Virus record (IMG/VR): IMGVR_UViG_3300028832_000095
Location: 1-64,000 of that record
Source: a virus
Taxonomy: Duplodnaviria; Caudoviricetes
Strand: one strand, 5' to 3'
DNA length: 64,000 nt
The translations under genes were made by a program, and so were the position numbers. Below the pieces are notes generated by a model. That model was not told the origin of the DNA. It saw only the letters and a program-made list of their open reading frames with translations, and searched no databases. This document shows positions 30,101 to 39,210 of the stretch, piece after piece (the first letter of the stretch is position 1; each line of letters begins with the position of its first letter).

Positions 30101-31004
30101 ATCCGATATTAAAAAATATGCAGATAAAGGGTGGGCATTTGATACTGAATATGGTGGAGATACTTCAGAAGCTACACAAAAGATGCTTGGAAGAAATATA
30201 AAGAACTACGAACATCTAGCATCTGAAATGTCCTCCGATACAAGAGCACAAATATTCTCATCATACAAAACAGCAAAAGGAATGGGTAAAAATATAGATG
30301 CTTACTTAGCGGAATATTTTCCAGATGCTAGTGAATCCGAAAAGAATTATTATAGAAACTTATTAATGGTCTATGATACAAACAAAGAAAAATATGATAA
30401 ATCTATGGAGGAGTTTCACGGTTATTGGAAAGATGCAGAAGAGGCATCCGAAAATAAAGATACCGTAGCTGTGTGGTTGAAGTATCAAGAAATGCGTGGT
30501 TTAGATAAAGATTATAGTGGTATTGAAATGGGAGCTTATGGTGTTCCTGAAATAGATCCAGAAACAAATATGCCGTTTCTTAGAAAAGGTTATGCTGATC
30601 TACTTCAACCGGAAGCATACGAAGGAAAGTTTAAGTCTGGTTTAACAAGAGTTCCTAGTAATAATTATACAGCAGTTCTTCATGAAGGAGAAAGAATACT
30701 AACAAAGAGAGAAGCAGAAGTATATAATAATATAATTCCAGATATAGTAGAAGCTGCTACAACAGAACAATATTTCAGAACAGATAGAAGTTCATCTAAT
30801 GTTATGAATACAAATGTTTATGGTTCTTCTGATAGTGAATTACATAAAGATATTACAGATCAAACATCTTCACTGACAGATGTTCTTAATAAGATATTAG
30901 AAGCACTTAGATCTATAATGGTAACTTCTTCTGTAAAATCCGGAATAAATAGAAATATACTTGCTATGAATTCTGATGTGGTTCAGGTGAACACATCAAG
31001 ATAA
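27132..31004 (+). CDS. tape measure protein
   Basis: 1290 aa, helical Q/A/G-rich; C-terminal GLTRVP..AVLHEGERILT; position. Confidence 0.85.
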   Translation: MPDINNNGQGNPMNGGYNGGNNPTDILSTITQTLTQSLGSVERQLQNISTQLINLNGQTTQANRNSQNFIRNFTGNRRSRGMAYQEKTLNNLYSELKKLRNDTKVSTIGNGYGKGIDGAIASGFNKIQKKYQESLNKIQQKLQTDSNIQQLQQLVTRTAQGLERVRQQKTQAEQSGNTTEVHRLEQIIQSRENALTQQQQNLDSQMARYTQQMEDAYEENSRAVQALQQSYEALNEVNSKLSGAYSDLSSISPAFANFIENQDKLSKKDQYKEAVNKAIEVVTESITQLEEKIASLSDEDSEQKEILEKQLKNANEQKDYLKNLKPIKDNTRQMWTSLKDVGGAVIKGALTGLKNSLENRYLDTYAEGFQRVYDSVESTRNEISARLRFNQGQFDDMQNNIQAEIKAQGLEGAISLVDVNEAVQGLVAAGITDQETIEKLAFEQAKLKYMGSPFDLQNEGNLSYIMSEINKGTDIDTIVQGFETLSATARTLGEEYGNTMALANGGAQTTLSQIFSMGEAAGKSYEQIISDAQDAMISQMSLASYNVSSDLLTSMLKEIQEQNISSTSPFNQYLLQQGLSADTMRYLSVGEQQDKLVRALQEATDQGGEVPNWLKPLMETWGIGAQYTDIANFLQGAKSQKGIQTSNTPQQQKEIEKLQKEDQEAMQKALYKSQTEKVNTEYENKMTDLAQNAEHFFEGDTIFMSQINNIKNGIDSIIDILATFAWSSITGGARGLFGGGGAGGAGGTGGAGGSLLSATNVKDFMTGSGGTTAGALGKAAGIAYGAYNFGSALASNVQRNDDGSINYLQTTVETLSDKQALEGIMEGVGGAVAGPIGSAVGKLSVDLGTAVDQFFGISKGLVEWDPLGLAGEDDGFNSLLNSFQEAADKLGEAANAQLDSAQTSLNDFKTMNADQKKNILLQQARQGELLDEQSNKIELETINAMNEEDINKLFANTVEKQYKLQEEQAKADIEKANMQAAIATQRATVASDIKKYADKGWAFDTEYGGDTSEATQKMLGRNIKNYEHLASEMSSDTRAQIFSSYKTAKGMGKNIDAYLAEYFPDASESEKNYYRNLLMVYDTNKEKYDKSMEEFHGYWKDAEEASENKDTVAVWLKYQEMRGLDKDYSGIEMGAYGVPEIDPETNMPFLRKGYADLLQPEAYEGKFKSGLTRVPSNNYTAVLHEGERILTKREAEVYNNIIPDIVEAATTEQYFRTDRSSSNVMNTNVYGSSDSELHKDITDQTSSLTDVLNKILEALRSIMVTSSVKSGINRNILAMNSDVVQVNTSR

Positions 31005-31018
31005 CGAGGTGATAATAC

Positions 31019-31918
31019 ATGGGATTAAATTTTGGTGACAAGAGTTTATTGATAAGATATATACAGCAATATATAAAAGAACTGTATAACAGCAATATCT
31101 ATATTACAAGTGAATACTATACTCATTTTGAGATGAACTATGGTATGGCACATTTTATTGCGAAATATCTTGATTATAAATATCCCGTGTTAGATAAGGC
31201 TACGAAAGATGCTTATTCTAATATCAAGGACGGGCAAACTAAAAATATAGATACTTGTATATCTGTGATGAATTACTTTTTAAGTGATAATAAAGGAAAC
31301 AGACTGAAATTTAATTCCGTGTATACCTTTGATGATGATACAAGAAGATATGTTCCACAGGCTAATCCACAAGGTATGGATTATATACAATATCATCCAT
31401 ATAATGAGATATATAATGATTATATGATTGTTGCGAATGTTATCAACGAAAACGGAACATCAACTTGCAGACCTATTTATCAAAAATTTGTTGTAGATAA
31501 TGATCTTCCATTATTTGTAACAAAAAATGATGATGAGACATATAACATAGATCAAAACATAATATTCAAACTTCAATCATGGTCAATTCCAAAAAAGATA
31601 TGTGAACTGGATGAATTTGTTATGTCATATCTTTTAGGACAAACAATAACACCAGATTCTTCAATGGAAGATATATACTATGCCCAACAGCTTGTATATC
31701 AACAAGAGATTGATAATGTTCATAAAGGTATTTGGTGTTTACCCGGTGAAGAAGGTTCTTATTATGACTTGACTTCTGCAATTATACAATACCAGCAACA
31801 AAAGGTAAATAAATTAAGTAAAATACCATTATTTGTTACAGGGTATTTTGATATATTTACAGAAGCATCACTTTTAAGGGATTTGGGTGAGAGTGAAAAT
31901 GGCATCACTGGATTATAA
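31019..31918 (+). CDS. hypothetical baseplate-region protein
   Basis: 299-aa ORF, GAGGTG RBS. Confidence 0.65.
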   Translation: MGLNFGDKSLLIRYIQQYIKELYNSNIYITSEYYTHFEMNYGMAHFIAKYLDYKYPVLDKATKDAYSNIKDGQTKNIDTCISVMNYFLSDNKGNRLKFNSVYTFDDDTRRYVPQANPQGMDYIQYHPYNEIYNDYMIVANVINENGTSTCRPIYQKFVVDNDLPLFVTKNDDETYNIDQNIIFKLQSWSIPKKICELDEFVMSYLLGQTITPDSSMEDIYYAQQLVYQQEIDNVHKGIWCLPGEEGSYYDLTSAIIQYQQQKVNKLSKIPLFVTGYFDIFTEASLLRDLGESENGITGL

Positions 31919-32678
31919 TTATACCGAAATAGAAACATTCAAACAAATAGCCGATAGGTGTCAGACAACAGTAGATCAGATAATGTTATTGAATAATATT
32001 CAACCCCCTTATTCTGCAAGACCTTATGATATGTTCGGAGCTGGTGGAGTTATAAAGGTTCCGCAGGTATATTCCGGTGGAGAGACATTTGAAAACACAG
32101 GAAAACAAAACAATAAACAAAAGTATCTTCAAAAACCTAGTAGTAAAAAATCAAGTTCCGATACTATAAGACCAATAGTACAATTAGGAAACGCTGTTCA
32201 ACGGAAATGTTGGATAAAGGTCAACGAAACGACTTTATGTTTTCCATGTTTTCCTGAAAGTTATACAGATTCACATACGGCATCTGTAACACCTATGAAT
32301 ATATTAGGACGATCCGAACCGTTTCAAATCTATCAAAATTCAGGTCCTAGAACTGTGAGTGTTTCATTTAGAATGGACAGAGAAATGAACAGAACGTGTA
32401 ATATTCAGAATATCATTGCACTTGTTCAAAGTGCTTGCTACCCAATACATACATATCCAATTATTCCAAGATGCACTCTTGTTATTGGAGCTAATTGTTC
32501 TATCACGGGAATTATAACTGATGTTTCTACTGATTGGGGAGAAACCTTATTATCTGTTACAGATAGCTCTGGAAATCAAAATTTTGTATATTCGGTTGCA
32601 ACACTTCAATTTTCTGTAACAGAATGTACTGGAAGTCCTAAATGGCAACCTCAAGTAGCATCGAGTGGAGGTGTTTGA
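31899..32678 (+). CDS. LysM-like plus tail tube initiator-like baseplate protein
   Basis: ETFKQIADRCQTTVDQIMLLN; ILGRSEP..YQNSGPRTVSVSF. Confidence 0.65.
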   Translation: MASLDYNYTEIETFKQIADRCQTTVDQIMLLNNIQPPYSARPYDMFGAGGVIKVPQVYSGGETFENTGKQNNKQKYLQKPSSKKSSSDTIRPIVQLGNAVQRKCWIKVNETTLCFPCFPESYTDSHTASVTPMNILGRSEPFQIYQNSGPRTVSVSFRMDREMNRTCNIQNIIALVQSACYPIHTYPIIPRCTLVIGANCSITGIITDVSTDWGETLLSVTDSSGNQNFVYSVATLQFSVTECTGSPKWQPQVASSGGV

Positions 32679-32683
32679 TTAAA

Positions 32684-33019
32684 ATGAGATATGCAATGCC
32701 AAGAAAATATAAAAATATTTCAAGATACAGTATTTACAGACAAATACTTGATGATGATAAAGAACTATATCTTGAAACAGTAAATCAAACTCCTGTTGAT
32801 GATTCTGAGCTTGATAGATATCATAAAGTATTGAAAGAGGAAGAAAACAGATTAGATATTATCTCAAATAAGTATTATGGAACACCTGAGTATTATTGGG
32901 TTATCGCACTAGGTAACAATTTGATTGATCCTATGGTTGTAAGACCGGGTGAAATTTTAAGAATTCCAAACTTTACTTCTTTGAAGAATTGGAAAGGTGC
33001 TTTGTGTAATAGACTATAA
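32684..33019 (+). CDS. LysM-type baseplate wedge protein (gp53-like)
   Basis: RLDIISNKYYGTPEYYWVIA..N....PGEILRIP. Confidence 0.8.
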   Translation: MRYAMPRKYKNISRYSIYRQILDDDKELYLETVNQTPVDDSELDRYHKVLKEEENRLDIISNKYYGTPEYYWVIALGNNLIDPMVVRPGEILRIPNFTSLKNWKGALCNRL

Positions 33020-33040
33020 AGATAGGGGGATACATTAAAG

Positions 33041-34540
33041 GTGAATTCAATATTGAAAGAAGGTTTTGTATCCCCGTGGATACGTTTTGAATTTGAAAGT
33101 GGGGATGCATTAGATAATTATATTGATACAATTCCTCCAAGATACTTTGTAAGTTTCAATCAAGTTAGAACTGTAAAAGAAGCGTGTTCATTTACATTGA
33201 CAATTATGTATGCACCAGGTAATTTCGGGGAATCTACTGCTTCTTTAATGCATCAATTATTATTATCTAATGCGAATACAAGAGTTAAATATGAATATGG
33301 ATATAAGATACCGGGTGGAGAACATATACCTCAAGGACAAACATATGTTGGTATCTTTACAAAATATACAGAAACAATAAATGAAGGTTATCTTACTTAT
33401 ACAATAACAGGTATTTCAAGAGCCGTTGATATCTCAACACCGGAAGTATCTGTTTCTGAATATTTTGCAGATTTAATAAGAACAAGAGGTGCAGATGGAA
33501 CAAGAAAACCAAGCACTGTTATTTGTTCATTATTAAGAGGTGGAGGAGATCCGAAAATTAAAGAATTCTTCAATGGATTTGATTGGTCTGACATAGATTG
33601 TTCCGATGAGGAAATAACAAATTCTTCTTTCCAACACTTTGTAAATCAACAGAACATTTCGATTCATGATCTTATTATGGGTCAATCTAAGGCAGACGGA
33701 ACACAAATAGTAACAGGAATTGCAAATTTAGGATATAAAAACTATACTCCAAATCAAGCTATCAGTGCTGGTTTAATATCATCCTCAAATGTGAATATGA
33801 GAATGTTAAATCAGTATTTTCTAAAAACACGTTATGGTATATCAAGTCAAATAACGGCACAAGAACAATCAGCTTACAACACTTATGAAAATGTTGCTAA
33901 GATGAAATATATAGCATTTTTTGATAATCTAGCTAATATGGAAGGTAAATACGGTTCGTTTCACTATGTTCCTCAATCTGGAAGGGATACGAATAATATC
34001 TTTGTTTATAATTATGGAAACAACTTTATAGACAGTGATGTTATCAGTTTCAGTTGTGACGTAGATTGGACTGCGGCATTAGCATCATATCCGGCAGTTG
34101 CAAATACAAGAGTTTGTATTGATGCAAAAGGTAATAATGTCGGTTCAAACTATGTAACAGATGTTATACCAGGTTTTAATAAAACAGTATTTAATACTCC
34201 GTCAGGATTTGATACATCTGCTTTTATAACAGAAACGACACTTGCAAGAGCATTGAATTTTCCATTTAGTGCAACAATGACAGTTGTTGGTCAAACAGAT
34301 TGTAATCAACTAATGGATAAAATAACTGTAAATGTTTTTGTAAATGGTTTAGAACACCTCGGTCTTTCCGGACAATATGTAATAATGGGAATTGAAGATG
34401 ATTTATCTGATAGTGGGTTTACAACAAAATTTGATTTAACGAAACTTGTATCAAAACAAACTCCTTCACTTCCGGGTGTTTATAAAGCTGGATCTTCTGA
34501 AACAGAGATTGCAATGCAAAATGATTATGCAAGGACATAA
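33041..34540 (+). CDS. baseplate hub protein
   Basis: C-terminal LSGQYVIMGIEDDLSDSGFTTKF; precedes spike. Confidence 0.6.
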   Translation: MNSILKEGFVSPWIRFEFESGDALDNYIDTIPPRYFVSFNQVRTVKEACSFTLTIMYAPGNFGESTASLMHQLLLSNANTRVKYEYGYKIPGGEHIPQGQTYVGIFTKYTETINEGYLTYTITGISRAVDISTPEVSVSEYFADLIRTRGADGTRKPSTVICSLLRGGGDPKIKEFFNGFDWSDIDCSDEEITNSSFQHFVNQQNISIHDLIMGQSKADGTQIVTGIANLGYKNYTPNQAISAGLISSSNVNMRMLNQYFLKTRYGISSQITAQEQSAYNTYENVAKMKYIAFFDNLANMEGKYGSFHYVPQSGRDTNNIFVYNYGNNFIDSDVISFSCDVDWTAALASYPAVANTRVCIDAKGNNVGSNYVTDVIPGFNKTVFNTPSGFDTSAFITETTLARALNFPFSATMTVVGQTDCNQLMDKITVNVFVNGLEHLGLSGQYVIMGIEDDLSDSGFTTKFDLTKLVSKQTPSLPGVYKAGSSETEIAMQNDYART

Positions 34541-34561
34541 TTATAAAAGGAGGATTTAATT

Positions 34562-34924
34562 ATGGGCTTATATAAAATGTCTGGAATATGCAAAGGAATT
34601 GTGATTGATACAAACGATCCAGCCGGATTTAATAGAATTCGTGTTCGTATTCCAGAACTGCATGGTCCTGTTGATCCTACTATATTTAATAACATGGATC
34701 AAGCAAGCATAGGTGGAACTATTTCGCAAACATACTGGATTCCTGATGAAGATATACCTTGGGCAGAAGTAAATTATCCTTTTGGTTCTACTACACTGCC
34801 AGAAGTAAATCAAGTTGTAACGGTAGGATTTTTTAGTGGTGAAACATCTCAACCAGTTGTTCTAGGTTGGTTAGGATATGATTATACAGACTCAGAACAA
34901 CCTTTTTTAAGGAAGTGGGGTTGA
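34562..34924 (+). CDS. baseplate spike, gp5/gpV N-terminal OB fold
   Basis: GIVIDTNDP...RIRVRIP...PWA...PEVNQVVTVGFFSGE..PVVLG. Confidence 0.8.
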   Translation: MGLYKMSGICKGIVIDTNDPAGFNRIRVRIPELHGPVDPTIFNNMDQASIGGTISQTYWIPDEDIPWAEVNYPFGSTTLPEVNQVVTVGFFSGETSQPVVLGWLGYDYTDSEQPFLRKWG

Positions 34925-34931
34925 TTCATAA

Positions 34932-35336
34932 ATGATATTTACGACTTCAATAAAATATCCAATAACATTTGATTATATATCCGGAAAGACAAATCTGGAT
35001 GATTATGTAATATCTATAAATAGATGCATTGCCTTGACACTAACTTCCGCAAAGATGGAGTTATTAGGTGATCCTGATTTTGGTTCCCGATTATATGAGA
35101 TGTTATTCGATCAGTATTCAGATTCATTACAATACCTGATTAAACAAGAAATCGTTGAATGTGTAACGAAATTTGAGTCCAGAATAACTATAACAGAAGA
35201 GGACATAGATATCATTAAAAAAGAAGATGGAAATAGAAATTCTTTTTTGATTCATATAAAATATACGATTTCAAGAACAGACGAATCTTATGAAACCGAA
35301 GTTTTATTAGAGGAGGATACGCCAAATGCCGAATGA
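34932..35336 (+). CDS. baseplate gp25-like protein
   Basis: DPDFGSRLYEMLFD...FESRI. Confidence 0.85.
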   Translation: MIFTTSIKYPITFDYISGKTNLDDYVISINRCIALTLTSAKMELLGDPDFGSRLYEMLFDQYSDSLQYLIKQEIVECVTKFESRITITEEDIDIIKKEDGNRNSFLIHIKYTISRTDESYETEVLLEEDTPNAE

Positions 35337-37653
35337 TATTTTACAGTACACAAGTAGAGATTATAACTCTATAAAAACAGACCTTATAAACTCAATATCC
35401 TCTTTAACAAATCTTTGGACAAGTAGAGAGGACGGAGATCCGGGTATTGTTTTAGTTAAACTCATGTCTGCATTAGGAGATATGCTTTCTTTTAATTTTG
35501 ATAAACAAGCCCTTGAATATTACGGTCCTACGGTAACACAAAGAAAAAATGCATCAAGATTATTTGAACTGATTGGATATAAGATGCATTGGTATAAAGC
35601 TGCCGTGACAAATGTTTCACTGACATATAAACCAAGTGTTCCGGATTTTATTAGTTTTTATAAACGTATTGTAGACGGAGAAAATGCCGTTGATGTTTAC
35701 TATGATTATAGAGACTATTATGTTTGTGATTTTGACAGTACCACAACTTCATATAAGATATCACTCCCGCCAATCACAAATGGGTCTGGACAAATACCGT
35801 TGATTGATGGAATGAATGAAAGAGATACAATCTTAAATATTCAAAATGAAATATCAGATTGGCAACAAGGTCAAGATGTTAGAGTTACACCCTCAGTTAA
35901 AGAAAATGATACATTTATAGCAAATGCAAATACATTTGCCGGATATGCAAAAGAAGTATATTCCCTTTGGCAAAAAGCAAATAGAATAGGAATTCACACA
36001 TACATTGAAGATCCTCAAATATCTTTACTTTTATATTCTTCGACATATGCAGAACCCGCATATTCCCTTATTCCTGTTGAAGAAGCATCAATTGATTCTA
36101 CAACCGGAACATATATGCCAACATTATACCTACTGCCTTACGAGACAACACAACAAAAAGCAATTCAAGGTTCGATGTGTTCTGTGAACTTTACATCAAG
36201 ACAATTAAAGAAAAATTGCTTTTATTTACCGGATTCAAACGTAGACCAAGATTATCTGTTCTTAGGATATAAGACATCAAATTCAAATATCACAGATCAA
36301 CCTACAATCTTTATAGATAAAGTAGATAATCTATTAACGGAATCTGATGGAAAACTTCATTTTCAGTTCGGTGTTGATGAATTTGATTATCCATACATAG
36401 AGCTTTCAAGTTATTGGGTTGATACATTAGGAGATCAAGCTGTTACATTTACACTATATTATTTCAGAACGCAAGGAAAGTTCGGAAACATAACAGAGAA
36501 CTATCTTAAAAGATTAAATGGTACTCAATCTGGTAATATTGATGTTACAAATATGGAAAATACAGACTATCATGTAGATAACTTTGGAAATACGATTTGT
36601 GCTCCCGGTTATAATCCTGAAACAGCACCGGAAGCATACAAGAATTCGTTAAACTATGTCATGACATATGATACAATTGTAACGATATATGACTTCATGC
36701 GATTTACAAAAAGACAAGATGGTATATCAAATGCCTTTGCTTGTGACGGACAGTATGCAAAAGACCTAAATGATAAACAATTAGAACTATGTCAATCTTA
36801 TACAAGAGAACAACTTATCAATATTCTAGGAACAGATGTTGGTGGAGCTACAACAGATCAATTAGCTCAATATCTATTCAATATAAGAAAGATAATGCCT
36901 AATTACAAAAATAATATAGTGACGATTAGTCAGGCACAAACTCCTCCGTCAGTTCCAGATTTTATCAATTACAGCATAAACATTTATCCAATTGTAAATG
37001 ACTATGATACCTCGCAAGATAATGAACAAGGTATTTCATTTGAAATTGCTAAATTCTCAAATGATCCGGGTGTTGGCTTGGAATATCCATATAAAGTATA
37101 TAGAATAATAACAAGTGAAGATGATGGAATGACACCGGATAACTATAAAATTGAAACTCAACTTGACGAAGCATTTGAGGAAGTTCATGTTGCAAATGTA
37201 AAACCTTTTTATAATGGTTGTAGAGTTTTTGATTGGCGTGTTTGTGGAACATTACATCTCAAAAAAGCAGTCACTCCGGAAGAAGCAGATGATATTATAA
37301 GAACTGTTATAAATACGATTGCATCTGTTTATAGTGTTGGAAATGTTCAGTTTGGAGAAAAAGTGAATTATATGGAACTGATTGATGTGATTGTGTCGAG
37401 CCACAACAATATTAGATACTTTGATGCTGGTATGGGAAATAAGAAACTTATTGAATTTGAAAATCCTGTTGATCCAGAACATAGGAATGAATACTTTATA
37501 CCGGAAGCATATTTTAATGATGAAAGTATTATGAGATATGCACAGTCAGCAGATGAATGTTTAGGTGATCCAACAAGCAATTATTATAAATATATAACAA
37601 TTGACCCAACATATATCATAAAATCAAATGATCCTAGTAATACAAATACATGA
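35326..37653 (+). CDS. baseplate wedge protein (gp6/J-like)
   Basis: YTSRDYNSIK..L...W...DPGIVLV...GDMLSF..D. Confidence 0.82.
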   Translation: MPNDILQYTSRDYNSIKTDLINSISSLTNLWTSREDGDPGIVLVKLMSALGDMLSFNFDKQALEYYGPTVTQRKNASRLFELIGYKMHWYKAAVTNVSLTYKPSVPDFISFYKRIVDGENAVDVYYDYRDYYVCDFDSTTTSYKISLPPITNGSGQIPLIDGMNERDTILNIQNEISDWQQGQDVRVTPSVKENDTFIANANTFAGYAKEVYSLWQKANRIGIHTYIEDPQISLLLYSSTYAEPAYSLIPVEEASIDSTTGTYMPTLYLLPYETTQQKAIQGSMCSVNFTSRQLKKNCFYLPDSNVDQDYLFLGYKTSNSNITDQPTIFIDKVDNLLTESDGKLHFQFGVDEFDYPYIELSSYWVDTLGDQAVTFTLYYFRTQGKFGNITENYLKRLNGTQSGNIDVTNMENTDYHVDNFGNTICAPGYNPETAPEAYKNSLNYVMTYDTIVTIYDFMRFTKRQDGISNAFACDGQYAKDLNDKQLELCQSYTREQLINILGTDVGGATTDQLAQYLFNIRKIMPNYKNNIVTISQAQTPPSVPDFINYSINIYPIVNDYDTSQDNEQGISFEIAKFSNDPGVGLEYPYKVYRIITSEDDGMTPDNYKIETQLDEAFEEVHVANVKPFYNGCRVFDWRVCGTLHLKKAVTPEEADDIIRTVINTIASVYSVGNVQFGEKVNYMELIDVIVSSHNNIRYFDAGMGNKKLIEFENPVDPEHRNEYFIPEAYFNDESIMRYAQSADECLGDPTSNYYKYITIDPTYIIKSNDPSNTNT

Positions 37654-37668
37654 TTGGTGGTGTGTTAA

Positions 37669-38361
37669 ATGTTAATGCAGACAAATAAATACATACCACA
37701 AGTATATGCAAAAGAGAGAACGATTCAGGTTTTCACAAAGTTGTTAGATATCATACTTACTGCGTGTAAGTATGATATTGACAATATTGGTAATGTTTAT
37801 GATGCTTATCAATGTCCGGAAAATCTACTTCCTTTACTTGCATATACACTAAATTATGATTATAATTTTCGTGACACTGTTTCTACCAACAGAGCCGTTA
37901 TAGATAGTTTTGCTATTATGGAAAGGTGGAAAGGTAGTAAACGTGGAATGAAAATGGCTACTGCTTTAAGTCTAACTTCTTTGGATATATCACAAAACAA
38001 TGCAGAACTTCTTTCTGTGTCTACTGATTACCTAACTGCTTTATCTCAAATCCATGTTGTGTACGATTATGAACACGCAAAAATAATTATTGACTATCCA
38101 AATGTATATACTCTTGTTAGTTATCTACTAGATTATGTAAGACCAGTTGGAATGTGGTTAGAGCTTAGAAGCATTGTTGGACACAATATTAATTCTGATG
38201 TTATGTTATTATTTGGAAATGCTCAAACAAATGTTCATGAGTATAATCCGGATGTTGATTCAAAAGTAAATAGATCTTTTGTAAACTTTTCCACTCCGAT
38301 TGATTATGAATGGCTTGACAATATTTCCAATAATGATACATTTACAGTGATAGGAGAGTGA
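37669..38361 (+). CDS. baseplate protein (P2 gpI-like)
   Basis: CPENLLPLLAYTL...RWKGS...VRPVG. Confidence 0.65.
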   Translation: MLMQTNKYIPQVYAKERTIQVFTKLLDIILTACKYDIDNIGNVYDAYQCPENLLPLLAYTLNYDYNFRDTVSTNRAVIDSFAIMERWKGSKRGMKMATALSLTSLDISQNNAELLSVSTDYLTALSQIHVVYDYEHAKIIIDYPNVYTLVSYLLDYVRPVGMWLELRSIVGHNINSDVMLLFGNAQTNVHEYNPDVDSKVNRSFVNFSTPIDYEWLDNISNNDTFTVIGE

Positions 38362-38365
38362 TTAT

Positions 38366-39196
38366 ATGGCAATAGATAAATCACCATTAGCATTCTACAT
38401 TACGAATAATGTCTACATAACAGTTTTAGATAAATTCGGAAACATAAAAAAGGAAATAGAAACTCATAATAAATGTAATCGAACAATGGTGACTGGAATA
38501 CTTAGATTCTTGTGTGGACATTTTACAGATACAAACTGCAATGAAAATCCTCCTTATAATACGGCTAAAAATTATATTCCTTGTTATTTTGGTGTTGGTG
38601 ATGGTGGTGTTGAATTAGATACAACAGACGCACAAAATCCATTTCCAAAATCAAAACCGGGACATCCAAATATTCCAAAATTAGTTAGTGAGTGGAATCA
38701 AGAAGTAAATTACTTAGACACATCACTCGAAAGAGAATTTTTTGTTTTAGCTGATGGAACAACTACAAACAGTCGAACAAAATTTCAAGATGTAACGACA
38801 ACAATTCTTCAACCTTCCGTTGCATCAATGGACAGCATTTATTTTTATTGTCAAATACCTCCTGCAAAACTAAATGAATTCTACGGTAATAGGAATGTGT
38901 TTGTTACTGAACTTGGTTTATTTTCTGGAAATGTTTGTGGTACACATGATTTATTAGCAAAAGTAAAATTAGCTAACTATAAAGAAAATAAAGAAAATGA
39001 AGAAAATGAAGAGGAGCAAACAAATGCACTTTATGTAAGACCACAAGATACAGTTGTGGTTAGATGGATAGTATCAATTGCATCAATTGGTATTGATGAT
39101 ATGTTTGAATCTCCGGTAGAAAATGAATACGGAGACAGAATAAAAACTGATGTAACCCCTGTAACCGGAGAAATGGAATTTGAGATACTTAATTAA
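38366..39196 (+). CDS. baseplate / tail-fibre attachment protein
   Basis: YFGVGDGG...TELGLF...LLAK motif typical of fibre N-termini. Confidence 0.55.
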   Translation: MAIDKSPLAFYITNNVYITVLDKFGNIKKEIETHNKCNRTMVTGILRFLCGHFTDTNCNENPPYNTAKNYIPCYFGVGDGGVELDTTDAQNPFPKSKPGHPNIPKLVSEWNQEVNYLDTSLEREFFVLADGTTTNSRTKFQDVTTTILQPSVASMDSIYFYCQIPPAKLNEFYGNRNVFVTELGLFSGNVCGTHDLLAKVKLANYKENKENEENEEEQTNALYVRPQDTVVVRWIVSIASIGIDDMFESPVENEYGDRIKTDVTPVTGEMEFEILN

Positions 39197-39210
39197 AGGA
39201 GGATATACAT